A DNA stretch of 64,000 nt from positions 3,410,001 to 3,474,000 of the forward strand of contig OZ059898.1 in assembly GCA_964057225.1 (NCBI GenBank), read 5' to 3'. Made by a program: the position numbers and the translations under genes. Below, piece by piece: positions 26,601 to 41,600 of the stretch; the first letter of the stretch is position 1; every line of letters begins with the position of its first letter. The DNA comes from Auanema rhodensis (Eukaryota > Animalia > Nematoda). The notes under the pieces are model-generated. The model was not told where the DNA came from and made no database searches. It was given only the letters and a program-made list of their open reading frames with translations.

Positions 26601-29600
26601 CGTCTTTGCCTTGAAAAAAGGAATCTAAAAACATCTACTTTTTGCTAAATTATTTTGAAATTTTCCGAAAAAATTTTTGTCAAAATGTTTTTGGAAGCAA
26701 TGTTGAGTGTACATGGAAACTCAACATACACTAATGCATCATTTTTCAAACGATCATAACTAATTTTTGTATCAAGCGTTTTTCAATGTAGTATAGTGCA
26801 TTCGATGCGGATTTTTAAGCTGCGTCGATCTGTGTTATCAGATTTGCGCTAGCTTAAAAATGCACCGAGATATCAACTGATATAAGTTCACACTTATATC
26901 CTCGATTTTCACCCTGAAGAATTAATTTTTTCGTTGAATAACATTGTCCATCGTCTTTGCCTTGAAAAAAGGAATCTAAAAACATCTACTTTTTGCTAAA
27001 TTATTTTGAAATTTTTCGAAAAAATTTTTGTCAAAATTTTTTGGAAGCAATGTTGAGTGTACATGGAAACTCAACATACACTAATGCATCATTTTTCAAA
27101 CGATCATAACTAATTTTTGTATTAAGCGTTTTTCAATGTAGTGTAGTGCATTCGATGCGGATTTTTAAGCTGCGTCGATCTGTGTTATCAGATTTGCTCT
27201 AGCTTAAAAATGCACCGAGATATCAACTGATATAAGTTCACACTTATATCCTCGATTTTCATCCTGAAGAATTAATTTTTTCGTTGAATAACATTGTCCA
27301 TCGTCTTTGCCTTGAAAAATCGAATCTAAAAACATCTACTTTTCGCTAAATTATTTTGAAATTTTTCGAAAAAATTTTTGTCAAAATGTTTTTGGAAGCA
27401 ATGTTGAGTGTACATGGAAACTCAACATACACTAATGCATCATTTTTCAAACGATCATAACTAATTTTTGTATCAAGCGTTTTTCAATGTAGTATAGTGC
27501 ATTCGATGCGGATTTTTAAGCTGCGTCGATCTGTGTTATCAGATTTGCGCTAGCTTAAAAATGCACCGAGATATCAACTGATATAAGTTCACACTTATAT
27601 CCTCGATTTTCACCCTGAAGAATTAATTTTCTCGTTGAATAACATTGTCCATCGTCTTTGCCTTGAAAAAAGGAATCTAAAAACATCTACTTTTTGCTAA
27701 ATTATTTTGAAATTTTCCGAAAAAATTTTTGTCAAAATGTTTTTGGAAGCAATGTTGAGTGTACATGGAAACTCAACATACACTAATGCATCATTTTTCA
27801 AACGATCATAACTAATTTTTGTATCAAGCTTTTCTCAATGTAGTATAGTGCATTCGATGCGGATTTTTAAGCTGCGTCGATCTGTGTTATCAGATTTGCG
27901 CTAGCTTAAAAATGCACCGAGATATCAACTGATATAAGTTCACACTTATATCCTCGATTTTCACCCTGAAGAATTAATTTTCTCGTTGAATAACATTGTC
28001 CATCGTCTTTGCCTTGAAAAAAGGAATCTAAAAACATCTACTTTTTGCTAAATTATTTTGAAATTTTCTGAAAAAATTTTTGTCAAAATGTTTTTGGAAG
28101 CAATGTTGAGTGTACATGGAAACTCAACATACACTATTGCATCATTTTTCTAACGATCATAACTAATTTTTGTATTAAGCTTTTCTCAATGTAGTATAGT
28201 GCATTCGATGCGGATTTTTAAGCTGCGTCGATCTGTGTTATCAGATTTGCGCTAGCTTAAAAATGCACTGAGATATCAACTGATATAAATTCACACTTAT
28301 ATCCTCGATTTTCACCCTGAAGAAATAATTTTTTCGTTGAATAACATTGTCCATCGTCTTTGCCTTGAAAAAAGGAATCTAAAAACATCTACTTTTTGCT
28401 AAATTATTTTGAAATTTTTCGAAAAAATTTTTGTCAAAATTTTTTGGAAGCAATGTTGAGTGTACATGGAAACTCAACATACACTAATGCATCATTTTTC
28501 AAACGATCATAACTAATTTTTGTATTAAGCGTTTTTCAATGTAGTGTAGTGCATTCGATGCGGATTTTTAAGCTGCGTCGATCTGTGTTATCAGATTTGC
28601 TCTAGCTTAAAAATGCACCGAGATATCAACTGATATAAGTTCACACTTATATCCTCGATTTTCATCCTGAAGAATTAATTTTTTCGTTGAATAACATTGT
28701 CCATCGTCTTTGCCTTGAAAAATCGAATCTAAAAACATCTACTTTTCGCTAAATTATTTTGAAATTTTTCGAAAAAATTTTTGTCAAAATGTTTTTGGAA
28801 GCAATGTTGAGTGTACATGGAAACTCAACATACACTAATGCATCATTTTTCAAACGATCATAACTAATTTTTGTATCAAGCGTTTTTCAATGTAGTATAG
28901 TGCATTCGATGCGGATTTTTAAGCTGCGTCGATCTGTGTTATCAGATTTGCGCTAGCTTACAAATGCACCGAGATATCAACTGATATAAGTTCACACTTA
29001 TATCCTCGATTTTCATCCTGAAGAATTAATTTTTTCGTTGAATAACATTGTCCATCGTCTTTGCCTTGAAAAATCGAATCTAAAAACATCTACTTTTTGC
29101 TAAATTATTTTGAAATTTTCCGAAAAAATTTTTGTCAAAATGTTTTTGGAAGCAATGTTGAGTATACATGGAAACTCAACATACACTAATGCATCATTTT
29201 TCAAACGATCATAACTAATTTTTGTATTAAGCGTTTTTCAATGTAGTATAGTGCATTCGATGCGGATTTTTAAGCTGCGTCGATCTGTGTTATCAGATTT
29301 GCGCTAGCTTAAAAATGCACCGAGATATCAATTGATATAAGTTCACACTTATATCCTCGATTTTCACCCTGAAGAATTAATTTTTTCGTTGATTAACATT
29401 GTCTATCGTCTTTGCCTTGAAAAATGGAATCTAAAAACATCTACTTTTTGCTAAATTATTCTGAAATTTTTCGAAAAAATTTTTGTCAAAATATTTTTGG
29501 AAGCAATGTTGAGTGTACATGGAAACTCAACATACACTATTGCATCATTTTTCTAACGATCATAACTAATTTTTGTATTAAGCTTTTCTCAATGTAGTAT

Positions 29601-32600
29601 AGTGCATTCGATGCGGATTTTTAAGCTGCGTCGATCTGTGTTATCAGATTTGCGCTAGCTTAAAAATGCACCGAGATATCAACTGATATAAGTTCACACT
29701 TATATCCTCGATTTTCACCCTGAAGAATTAATTTTCTCGTTGAATAACATTGTCCATCGTCTTTGCCTTGAAAAAAGGAATCTAAAAACATCTACTTTTT
29801 GCTAAATTATTTTGAAATTTTCCGAAAAAATTTTTGTCAAAATGTTTTTGGAAGCAATGTTGAGTGTACATGGAAACTCAACATACACTAATGCATCATT
29901 TTTCAAACGATCATAACTAATTTTTGTATTAAGCGTTTTTCAATGTAGTATAGTGCATTCGATGCGGATTTTTAAGCTGCGTCGATCTGTGTTATCAGAT
30001 TTGCGCTAGCTTAAAAATGCACTGAGATATCAACTGATATAAATTCACACTTATATCCTCGATTTTCACCCTGAAGAAATAATTTTTTCGTTGAATAACA
30101 TTGTCCATCGTCTTTGCCTTGAAAAAAGGAATCTAAAAACATCTACTTTTTGCTAAATTTTTTTGAAATTTTTCGAAAAAATTTTTGTCAAAATTTTTTG
30201 GAAGCAATGTTGAGTGTACATGGAAACTCAACATACACTAATGCATCATTTTTCAAACGATCATAACTAATTTTTGTATTAAGCGTTTTTCAATGTAGTG
30301 TAGTGCATTCGATGCGGATTTTTAAGCTGCGTCGATCTGTGTTATCAGATTTGCTCTAGCTTAAAAATGCACCGAGATATCAACTGATATAAGTTCACAC
30401 TTATATCCTCGATTTTCATCCTGAAGAATTAATTTTTTCGTTGAATAACATTGTCCATCGTCTTTGCCTTGAAAAATCGAATCTAAAAACATCTACTTTT
30501 CGCTAAATTATTTTGAAATTTTTCGAAAAAATTTTTGTCAAAATGTTTTTGGAAGCAATGTTGAGTGTACATGGAAACTCAACATACACTAATGCATCAT
30601 TTTTCAAACGATCATAACTAATTTTTGTATCAAGCGTTTTTCAATGTAGTATAGTGCATTCGATGCGGATTTTTAAGCTGCGTCGATCTGTGTTATCAGA
30701 TTTGCGCTAGCTTAAAAATGCACCGAGATATCAACTGATATAAGTTCACACTTATATCCTCGATTTTCACCCTGAAGAATTAATTTTCTCGTTGAATAAC
30801 ATTGTCCATCGTCTTTGCCTTGAAAAAAGGAATCTAAAAACATCTACTTTTTGCTAAATTATTTTGAAATTTTCCGAAAAAATTTTTGTCAAAATGTTTT
30901 TGGAAGCAATGTTGAGTGTACATGGAAACTCAACATACACTAATGCATCATTTTTCAAACGATCATAACTAATTTTTGTATTAAGCGTTTTTCAATGTAG
31001 TATAGTGCATTCGATGCGGATTTTTAAGCTGCGTCGATCTGTGTTATCAGATTTGCGCTAGCTTAAAAATGCACCGAGATATCAACTGATATAAGTTCAC
31101 ACTTATATCCTCGATTTTCACCCTGAAGAATTAATTTTCTCGTTGAATAACATTGTCCATCGTCTTTGCCTTGAAAAAAGGAATCTAAAAACATCTACTT
31201 TTTGCTAAATTATTTTGAAATTTTTCGAAAAAAGTTTTGTCAAAATGTTTTTGGAAGCAATGTTGAGTGTACATGGAAACTCAACATACACTAATGCATC
31301 ATTTTTCAAACGATCATAACTAATTTTTGTATCAAGCGTTTTTCAATGTAGTATAGTGCATTCGATGCGGATTTTTAAGCTGCGTCGATCTGTGTTATCA
31401 GATTTGCTCTAGCTTAAAAATGCACCGAGATATCAACTGATATAAGTTCACACTTATATCCTCGATTTTCATCCTGAAGAATTAATTTTTTCGTTGAATA
31501 ACATTGTCCATCGTCTTTGCCTTGAAAAATCGAATCTAAAAACATCTACTTTTCGCTAAATTATTTTGAAATTTTTCGAAAAAATTTTTGTCAAAATGTT
31601 TTTGGAAGCAATGTTGAGTGTACATGGAAACTCAACATACACTAATGCATCATTTTTCAAACGATCATAACTAATTTTTGTATCAAGCGTTTTTCAATGT
31701 AGTATAGTGCATTCGATGCGGATTTTTAAGCTGCGTCGATCTGTGTTATCAGATTTGCGCTAGCTTAAAAATGCACCGAGATATCAACTGATATAAGTTC
31801 ACACTTATATCCTCGATTTTCATCCTGAAGAATTAATTTTTTCGTTGAATAACATTGTCCATCGTCTTTGCCTTGAAAAATCGAATCTAAAAACATCTAC
31901 TTTTTGCTAAATTATTTTGAAATTTTCCGAAAAAATTTTTGTCAAAATGTTTTTGGAAGCAATGTTGAGTGTACATGGAAACTCAACATACACTAATGCA
32001 TCATTTTTCAAACGATCATAACTAATTTTTGTATTAAGCGTTTTTCAATGTAGTATAGTGCATTCGATGCGGATTTTTAAGCTGCGTCGATCTGTGTTAT
32101 CAGATTTGCGCTAGCTTAAAAATGCACCGAGATATCAATTGATATAAGTTCACACTTATATCCTCGATTTTCACCCTGAAGAATTAATTTTTTCGTTGAA
32201 TAACATTGTCTATCGTCTTTGCCTTGAAAAATGGAATCTAAAAACATCTACTTTTTGCTAAATTATTCTGAAATTTTTCGAAAAAATTTTTGTCAAAATA
32301 TTTTTGGAAGCAATGTTGAGTGTACATGGAAACTCAACATACACTATTGCATCATTTTTCTAACGATCATAACTAATTTTTGTATTAAGCTTTTCTCAAT
32401 GTAGTATAGTGCATTCGATGCGGATTTTTAAGCTGCGTCGATCTGTGTTATCAGATTTGCGCTAGCTTAAAAATGCACCGAGATATCAACTGATATAAGT
32501 TCACACTTATATCCTCGATTTTCACCCTGAAGAATTAATTTTCTCGTTGAATAACATTGTCCATCGTCTTTGCCTTGAAAAAAGGAATCTAAAAACATCT

Positions 32601-35600
32601 ACTTTTCGCTAAATTATTTTGAAATTTTCCGAAAAAATTTTTGTCAAAATGTTTTTGGAAGCAATGTTGAGTGTACATGGAAACTCAACATACACTAATG
32701 CATCATTTTTCAAACGATCATAACTAATTTTTGTATTAAGCGTTTTTCAATGTAGTATAGTGCATTCGATGCGGATTTTTAAGCTGCGTCGATCTGTGTT
32801 ATCAGATTTGCGCTAGCTTAAAAATGCACTGAGATATCAACTGATATAAATTCACACTTATATCCTCGATTTTCACCCTGAAGAAATAATTTTTTCGTTG
32901 AATAACATTGTCCATCGTCTTTGCCTTGAAAAAAGGAATCTAAAAACATCTACTTTTTGCTAAATTATTTTGAAATTTTTCGAAAAAATTTTTGTCAAAA
33001 TTTTTTGGAAGCAATGTTGAGTGTACATGGAAACTCAACATACACTAATGCATCATTTTTCAAACGATCATAACTAATTTTTGTATTAAGCGTTTTTCAA
33101 TGTAGTGTAGTGCATTCGATGCGGATTTTTAAGCTGCGTCGATCTGTGTTATCAGATTTGCGCTAGCTTAAAAATGCACCGAGATATCAACTGATATAAG
33201 TTCACACTTATATCCTCGATTTTCACCCTGAAGAATTAATTTTCTCGTTGAATAACATTGTCCATCGTCTTTGCCTTGAAAAAAGGAATCTAAAAACATC
33301 TACTTTTTGCTAAATTATTTTGAAATTTTCCGAAAAAATTTTTGTCAAAATGTTTTTGGAAGCAATGTTGAGTGTACATGGAAACTCAACATACACTAAT
33401 GCATCATTTTTCAAACGATCATAACTAATTTTTGTATTAAGCGTTTTTCAATGTAGTATAGTGCATTCGATGCGGATTTTTAAGCTGCGTCGATCTGTGT
33501 TATCAGATTTGCGCTAGCTTAAAAATGCACCGAGATATCAACTGATATAAGTTCACACTTATATCCTCGATTTTCACCCTGAAGAATTAATTTTCTCGTT
33601 GAATAACATTGTCCATCGTCTTTGCCTTGAAAAAAGGAATCTAAAAACATCTACTTTTTGCTAAATTATTTTGAAATTTTTCGAAAAAAGTTTTGTCAAA
33701 ATGTTTTTGGAAGCAATGTTGAGTGTACATGGAAACTCAACATACACTAATGCATCATTTTTCAAACGATCATAACTAATTTTTGTATCAAGCGTTTTTC
33801 AGTGTAGTATAGTGCATTCGATGCGGATTTTTAAGCTGCGTCGATCTGTGTTATCAGATTTGCGCTAGCTTAAAAATGCACCGAGATATCAACTGATATA
33901 AGTTCACACTTATATCCTCGATTTTCATCCTGAAGAATTAATTTTTTCGTTGAATAACATTGTCCATCGTCTTTGCCTTGAAAAATCGAATCTAAAAACA
34001 TCTACTTTTTGCTAAATTATTTTGAAATTTTCCGAAAAAATTTTTGTCAAAATGTTTTTGGAAGCAATGTTGAGTGTACATGGAAACTCAACATACACTA
34101 TTGCATCATTTTTCTAACGATCATAACTAATTTTTGTATTAAGCTTTTCTCAATGTAGTATAGTGCATTCGATGCGGATTTTTAAGCTGCGTCGATCTGT
34201 GTTATCAGATTTGCGCTAGCTTAAAAATGCACCGAGATATCAACTGATATAAGTTCACACTTATATCCTCGATTTTCACCCTGAAGAATTAATTTTCTCG
34301 TTGAATAACATTGTCCATCGTCTTTGCCTTGAAAAAAGGAATCTAAAAACATCTACTTTTTGCTAAATTATTTTGAAATTTTCCGAAAAAATTTTTGTCA
34401 AAATGTTTTTGGAAGCAATGTTGAGTGTACATGGAAACTCAACATACACTATTGCATCATTTTTCTAACGATCATAACTAATTTTTGTATTAAGCTTTTC
34501 TCAATGTAGTATAGTGCATTCGATGCGGATTTTTAAGCTGCGTCGATCTGTGTTATCAGATTTGCGCTAGCTTAAAAATGCACTGAGATATCAACTGATA
34601 TAAGTTCACACTTATATCCTCGATTTTCACCCTGAAGAAATAATTTTTTCGTTGAATAACATTGTCCATCGTCTTTGCCTTGAAAAAAGGAATCTAGAAA
34701 CATCTACTTTTTGCTAAATTATTTTGAAATTTTTCGAAAAAATTTTTGTCAAAATATTTTTGGAAGCAATGTTGAGTGTACATGGAAACTCAACATACAC
34801 TATTGCATCATTTTTCTAACGATCATAACTAATTTTTGTATTAAGCTTTTCTCAATGTAGTATAGTGCATTCGATGCGGATTTTTAAGCTGCGTCGATCT
34901 GTGTTATCAGATTTGCGCTAGCTTAAAAATGCACCGAGATATCAACTGATATAAGTTCACACTTATATCCTCGATTTTCACCCTGAAGAATTAATTTTCT
35001 CGTTGAATAACATTGTCCATCGTCTTTGCCTTGAAAAAAGGAATCTAAAAACATCTACTTTTTGCTAAATTATTTTGAAATTTTCCGAAAAAATTTTTGT
35101 CAAAATGTTTTTGGAAGCAATGTTGAGTGTACATGGAAACTCAACATACACTAATGCATCATTTTTCAAACGATCATAACTAATTTTTGTATTAAGCGTT
35201 TTTCAATGTAGTATAGTGCATTCGATGCGGATTTTTAAGCTGCGTCGATCTGTGTTATCAGATTTGCGCTAGCTTAAAAATGCACTGAGATATCAACTGA
35301 TATAAGTTCACACTTATATCCTCGATTTTCACCCTGAAGAAATAATTTTTTCGTTGAATAACATTGTCCATCGTCTTTGCCTTGAAAAAAGGAATCTAGA
35401 AACATCTACTTTTTGCTAAATTATTTTGAAATTTTTCGAAAAAATTTTTGTCAAAATATTTTTGGAAGCAATGTTGAGTGTACATGGAAACTCAACATAC
35501 ACTATTGCATCATTTTTCTAACGATCATAACTAATTTTTGTATTAAGCTTTTCTCAATGTAGTATAGTGCATTCGATGCGGATTTTTAAGCTGCGTCGAT

Positions 35601-38600
35601 CTGTGTTATCAGATTTGCGCTAGCTTAAAAATGCACCGAGATATCAACTGATATAAGTTCACACTTATATCCTCGATTTTCACCCTGAAGAATTAATTTT
35701 CTCGTTGAATAACATTGTCCATCGTCTTTGCCTTGAAAAAAGGAATCTAAAAACATCTACTTTTTGCTAAATTATTTTGAAATTTTCCGAAAAAATTTTT
35801 GTCAAAATGTTTTTGGAAGCAATGTTGAGTGTACATGGAAACTCAACATACACTAATGCATCATTTTTCAAACGATCATAACTAATTTTTGTATTAAGCG
35901 TTTTTCAATGTAGTATAGTGCATTCGATGCGGATTTTTAAGCTGCGTCGATCTGTGTTATCAGATTTGCGCTAGCTTAAAAATGCACTGAGATATCAACT
36001 GATATAAATTCACACTTATATCCTCGATTTTCACCCTGAAGAAATAATTTTTTCGTTGAATAACATTGTCCATCGTCTTTGCCTTGAAAAAAGGAATCTA
36101 AAAACATCTACTTTTTGCTAAATTATTTTGAAATTTTTCGAAAAAATTTTTGTCAAAATTTTTTGGAAGCAATGTTGAGTGTACATGGAAACTCAACATA
36201 CACTAATGCATCATTTTTCAAACGATCATAACTAATTTTTGTATTAAGCGTTTTTCAATGTAGTGTAGTGCATTCGATGCGGATTTTTAAGCTGCGTCGA
36301 TCTGTGTTATCAGATTTGCTCTAGCTTAAAAATGCACCGAGATATCAACTGATATAAGTTCACACTTATATCCTCGATTTTCATCCTGAAGAATTAATTT
36401 TTTCGTTGAATAACATTGTCCATCGTCTTTGCCTTGAAAAATCGAATCTAAAAACATCTACTTTTCGCTAAATTATTTTGAAATTTTTCGAAAAACTTTT
36501 TGTCAAAATGTTTTTGGAAGCAATGTTGAGTGTACATGGAAACTCAACATACACTAATGCATCATTTTTCAAACGATCATAACTAATTTTTGTATCAAGC
36601 GTTTTTCAATGTAGTATAGTGCATTCGATGCGGATTTTTAAGCTGCGTCGATCTGTGTTATCAGATTTGCGCTAGCTTAAAAATGCACCGAGATATCAAC
36701 TGATATAAGTTCACACTTATATCCTCGATTTTCACCCTGAAGAATTAATTTTCTCGTTGAATAACATTGTCCATCGTCTTTGCCTTAAAAAAAGGAATCT
36801 AAAAACATCTACTTTTTGCTAAATTATTTTGAAATTTTCCGAAAAAATTTTTGTCAAAATGTTTTTGGAAGCAATGTTGAGTGTACATGGAAACTCAACA
36901 TACACTAATGCATCATTTTTCAAACGATCATAACTAATTTTTGTATTAAGCGTTTTTCAATGTAGTATAGTGCATTCGATGCGGATTTTTAAGCTGCGTC
37001 GATCTGTGTTATCAGATTTGCGCTAGCTTAAAAATGCACCGAGATATCAACTGATATAAGTTCACACTTATATCCTCGATTTTCACCCTGAAGAATTAAT
37101 TTTCTCGTTGAATAACATTGTCCATCGTCTTTGCCTTGAAAAAAGGAATCTAAAAACATCTACTTTTTGCTAAATTATTTTGAAATTTTTCGAAAAAAGT
37201 TTTGTCAAAATGTTTTTGGAAGCAATGTTGAGTGTACATGGAAACTCAACATACACTAATGCATCATTTTTCAAACGATCATAACTAATTTTTGTATCAA
37301 GCGTTTTTCAATGTAGTATAGTGCATTCGATGCGGATTTTTAAGCTGCGTCGATCTGTGTTATCAGATTTGCGCTAGCTTAAAAATGCACCGAGATATCA
37401 ACTGATATAAGTTCACACTTATATCCTCGATTTTCACCCTGAAGAATTAATTTTCTCGTTGAATAACATTGTCCATCGTCTTTGCCTTGAAAAAAGGAAT
37501 CTAAAAACATCTACTTTTTGCTAAATTATTTTGAAATTTTCCGAAAAAATTTTTGTCAAAATGTTTTTGGAAGCAATGTTGAGTGTACATGGAAACTCAA
37601 CATACACTAATGCATCATTTTTCAAACGATCATAACTAATTTTTGTATTAAGCGTTTTTCAATGTAGTATAGTGCATTCGATGCGGATTTTTAAGCTGCG
37701 TCGATCTGTGTTATCAGATTTGCGCTAGCTTAAAAATGCACTGAGATATCAACTGATATAAATTCACACTTATATCCTCGATTTTCACCCTGAAGAAATA
37801 ATTTTTTCGTTGAATAACATTGTCCATCGTCTTTGCCTTGAAAAAAGGAATCTAAAAACATCTACTTTTTGCTAAATTATTTTGAAATTTTTCGAAAAAA
37901 TTTTTGTCAAAATTTTTTGGAAGCAATGTTGAGTGTACATGGAAACTCAACATACACTAATGCATCATTTTTCAAACGATCATAACTAATTTTTGTATTA
38001 AGCGTTTTTCAATGTAGTGTAGTGCATTCGATGCGGATTTTTAAGCTGCGTCGATCTGTGTTATCAGATTTGCTCTAGCTTAAAAATGCACCGAGATATC
38101 AACTGATATAAGTTCACACTTATATCCTCGATTTTCATCCTGAAGAATTAATTTTTTCGTTGAATAACATTGTCCATCGTCTTTGCCTTGAAAAAAGGAA
38201 TCTAAAAACATCTACTTTTTGCTAAATTATTTTGAAATTTTTCGAAAAAAGTTTTGTCAAAATGTTTTTGGAAGCAATGTTGAGTGTACATGGAAACTCA
38301 ACATACACTAATGCATCATTTTTCAAACGATCATAACTAATTTTTGTATCAAGCGTTTTTCAATGTAGTATAGTGCATTCGATGCGGATTTTTAAGCTGC
38401 GTCGATCTGTGTTATCAGATTTGCGCTAGCTTAAAAATGCACCGAGATATCAACTGATATAAGTTCACACTTATATCCTCGATTTTCACCCTGAAGAATT
38501 AATTTTCTCGTTGAATAACATTGTCCATCGTCTTTGCCTTGAAAAAAGGAATCTAAAAACATCTACTTTTTGCTAAATTATTTTGAAATTTTCCGAAAAA

Positions 38601-41600
38601 ATTTTTGTCAAAATGTTTTTGGAAGCAATGTTGAGTGTACATGGAAACTCAACATACACTAATGCATCATTTTTCAAACGATCATAACTAATTTTTGTAT
38701 TAAGCGTTTTTCAATGTAGTATAGTGCATTCGATGCGGATTTTTAAGCTGCGTCGATCTGTGTTATCAGATTTGCGCTAGCTTAAAAATGCACTGAGATA
38801 TCAACTGATATAAATTCACACTTATATCCTCGATTTTCACCCTGAAGAAATAATTTTTTCGTTGAATAACATTGTCCATCGTCTTTGCCTTGAAAAAAGG
38901 AATCTAAAAACATCTACTTTTTGCTAAATTATTTTGAAATTTTTCGAAAAAATTTTTGTCAAAATTTTTTGGAAGCAATGTTGAGTGTACATGGAAACTC
39001 AACATACACTAATGCATCATTTTTCAAACGATCATAACTAATTTTTGTATTAAGCGTTTTTCAATGTAGTGTAGTGCATTCGATGCGGATTTTTAAGCTG
39101 CGTCGATCTGTGTTATCAGATTTGCTCTAGCTTAAAAATGCACCGAGATATCAACTGATATAAGTTCACACTTATATCCTCGATTTTCATCCTGAAGAAT
39201 TAATTTTTTCGTTGAATAACATTGTCCATCGTCTTTGCCTTGAAAAATCGAATCTAAAAACATCTACTTTTCGCTAAATTATTTTGAAATTTTTCGAAAA
39301 AATTTTTGTCAAAATGTTTTTGGAAGCAATGTTGAGTGTACATGGAAACTCAACATACACTAATGCATCATTTTTCAAACGATCATAACTAATTTTTGTA
39401 TCAAGCGTTTTTCAATGTAGTATAGTGCATTCGATGCGGATTTTTAAGCTGCGTCGATCTGTGTTATCAGATTTGCGCTAGCTTAAAAATGCACCGAGAT
39501 ATCAACTGATATAAGTTCACACTTATATCCTCGATTTTCACCCTGAAGAATTAATTTTCTCGTTGAATAACATTGTCCATCGTCTTTGCCTTGAAAAAAG
39601 GAATCTAAAAACATCTACTTTTTGCTAAATTATTTTGAAATTTTTCGAAAAAAGTTTTGTCAAAATGTTTTTGGAAGCAATGTTGAGTGTACATGGAAAC
39701 TCAACATACACTAATGCATCATTTTTCAAACGATCATAACTAATTTTTGTATTAAGCTTTTCTCAATGTAGTATAGTGCATTCGATGCGGATTTTTAAGC
39801 TGCGTCGATCTGTGTTATCAGATTTGCGCTAGCTTAAAAATGCACCGAGATATCAACTGATATAAGTTCACACTTATATCCTCGATTTTCACCCTGAAGA
39901 ATTAATTTTTTCGTTGAATAACATTGTCTATCGTCTTTGCCTTGAAAAATGGAATCTAAAAACATCTACTTTCTGCTAAATTATTTTGAAATTTTTCGAA
40001 AAAATTTTTGTCAAAATGTTTTTGGAAGCAATGTTGAGTGTACATGGAAACTCAACATACACTAATGCATCATTTCTCAAACGATCATAACTAATTTTTG
40101 TATCAAGCGTTTTTCAATGTAGTATAGTGCATTCGATGCGGATTTTTAAGCTGCGTCGATCTGTGTTATCAGATTTGCGCTAACTTAAAAATGCACCGAG
40201 ATATCAACTGATATAAGTTCACACTTATATCCTCGATTTTCACCCTGAAGAATTAATTTTCTCGTTGAATAACATTGTCCATCGTCTTTGCCTTGAAAAA
40301 AGGAATCTAAAAACATCTACTTTTTGCTAAATTATTTTGAAATTTTTCGAAAAAAGTTTTGTCAAAATGTTTTTGGAAGCAATGTTGAGTGTACATGGAA
40401 ACTCAACATACACTAATGCATCATTTTTCAAACGATCATAACTAATTTTTGTATCAAGCGTTTTTCAATGTAGTATAGTGCATTCGATGCGGATTTTTAA
40501 GCTGCGTCGATCTGTGTTATCAGATTTGCGCTAGCTTAAAAATGCACCGAGATATCAACTGATATAAGTTCACACTTATATCCTCGATTTTCATCCTGAA
40601 GAATTAATTTTTTCGTTGAATAACATTGTCCATCGTCTTTGCCTTGAAAAATCGAATCTAAAAACATCTACTTTTTGCTAAATTATTTTGAAATTTTCCG
40701 AAAAAATTTTTGTCAAAATGTTTTTGGAAGCAATGTTGAGTGTACATGGAAACTCAACATACACTATTGCATCATTTTTCTAACGATCATAACTAATTTT
40801 TGTATTAAGCTTTTCTCAATGTAGTATAGTGCATTCGATGCGGATTTTTAAGCTGCGTCGATCTGTGTTATCAGATTTGCGCTAGCTTAAAAATGCACCG
40901 AGATATCAACTGATATAAGTTCACACTTATATCCTCGATTTTCACCCTGAAGAATTAATTTTCTCGTTGAATAACATTGTCCATCGTCTTTGCCTTGAAA
41001 AAAGGAATCTAAAAACATCTACTTTTTGCTAAATTATTTTGAAATTTTCCGAAAAAATTTTTGTCAAAATGTTTTTGGAAGCAATGTTGAGTGTACATGG
41101 AAACTCAACATACACTAATGCATCATTTTTCAAACGATCATAACTAATTTTTGTATCAAGCGTTTTTCAATGTAGTATAGTGCATTCGATGCGGATTTTT
41201 AAGCTGCGTCGATCTGTGTTATCAGATTTGCGCTAGCTTAAAAATGCACCGAGATATCAACTGATATAAGTTCACACTTATATCCTCGATTTTCACCCTG
41301 AAGAATTAATTTTCTCGTTGAATAACATTGTCCATCGTCTTTGCCTTGAAAAAAGGAATCTAAAAACATCTACTTTTTGCTAAATTATTTTGAAATTTTC
41401 CGAAAAAATTTTTGTCAAAATGTTTTTGGAAGCAATGTTGAGTGTACATGGAAACTCAACATACACTAATGCATCATTTTTCAAACGATCATAACTAATT
41501 TTTGTATTAAGCGTTTTTCAATGTAGTATAGTGCATTCGATGCGGATTTTTAAGCTGCGTCGATCTGTGTTATCAGATTTGCGCTAGCTTAAAAATGCAC

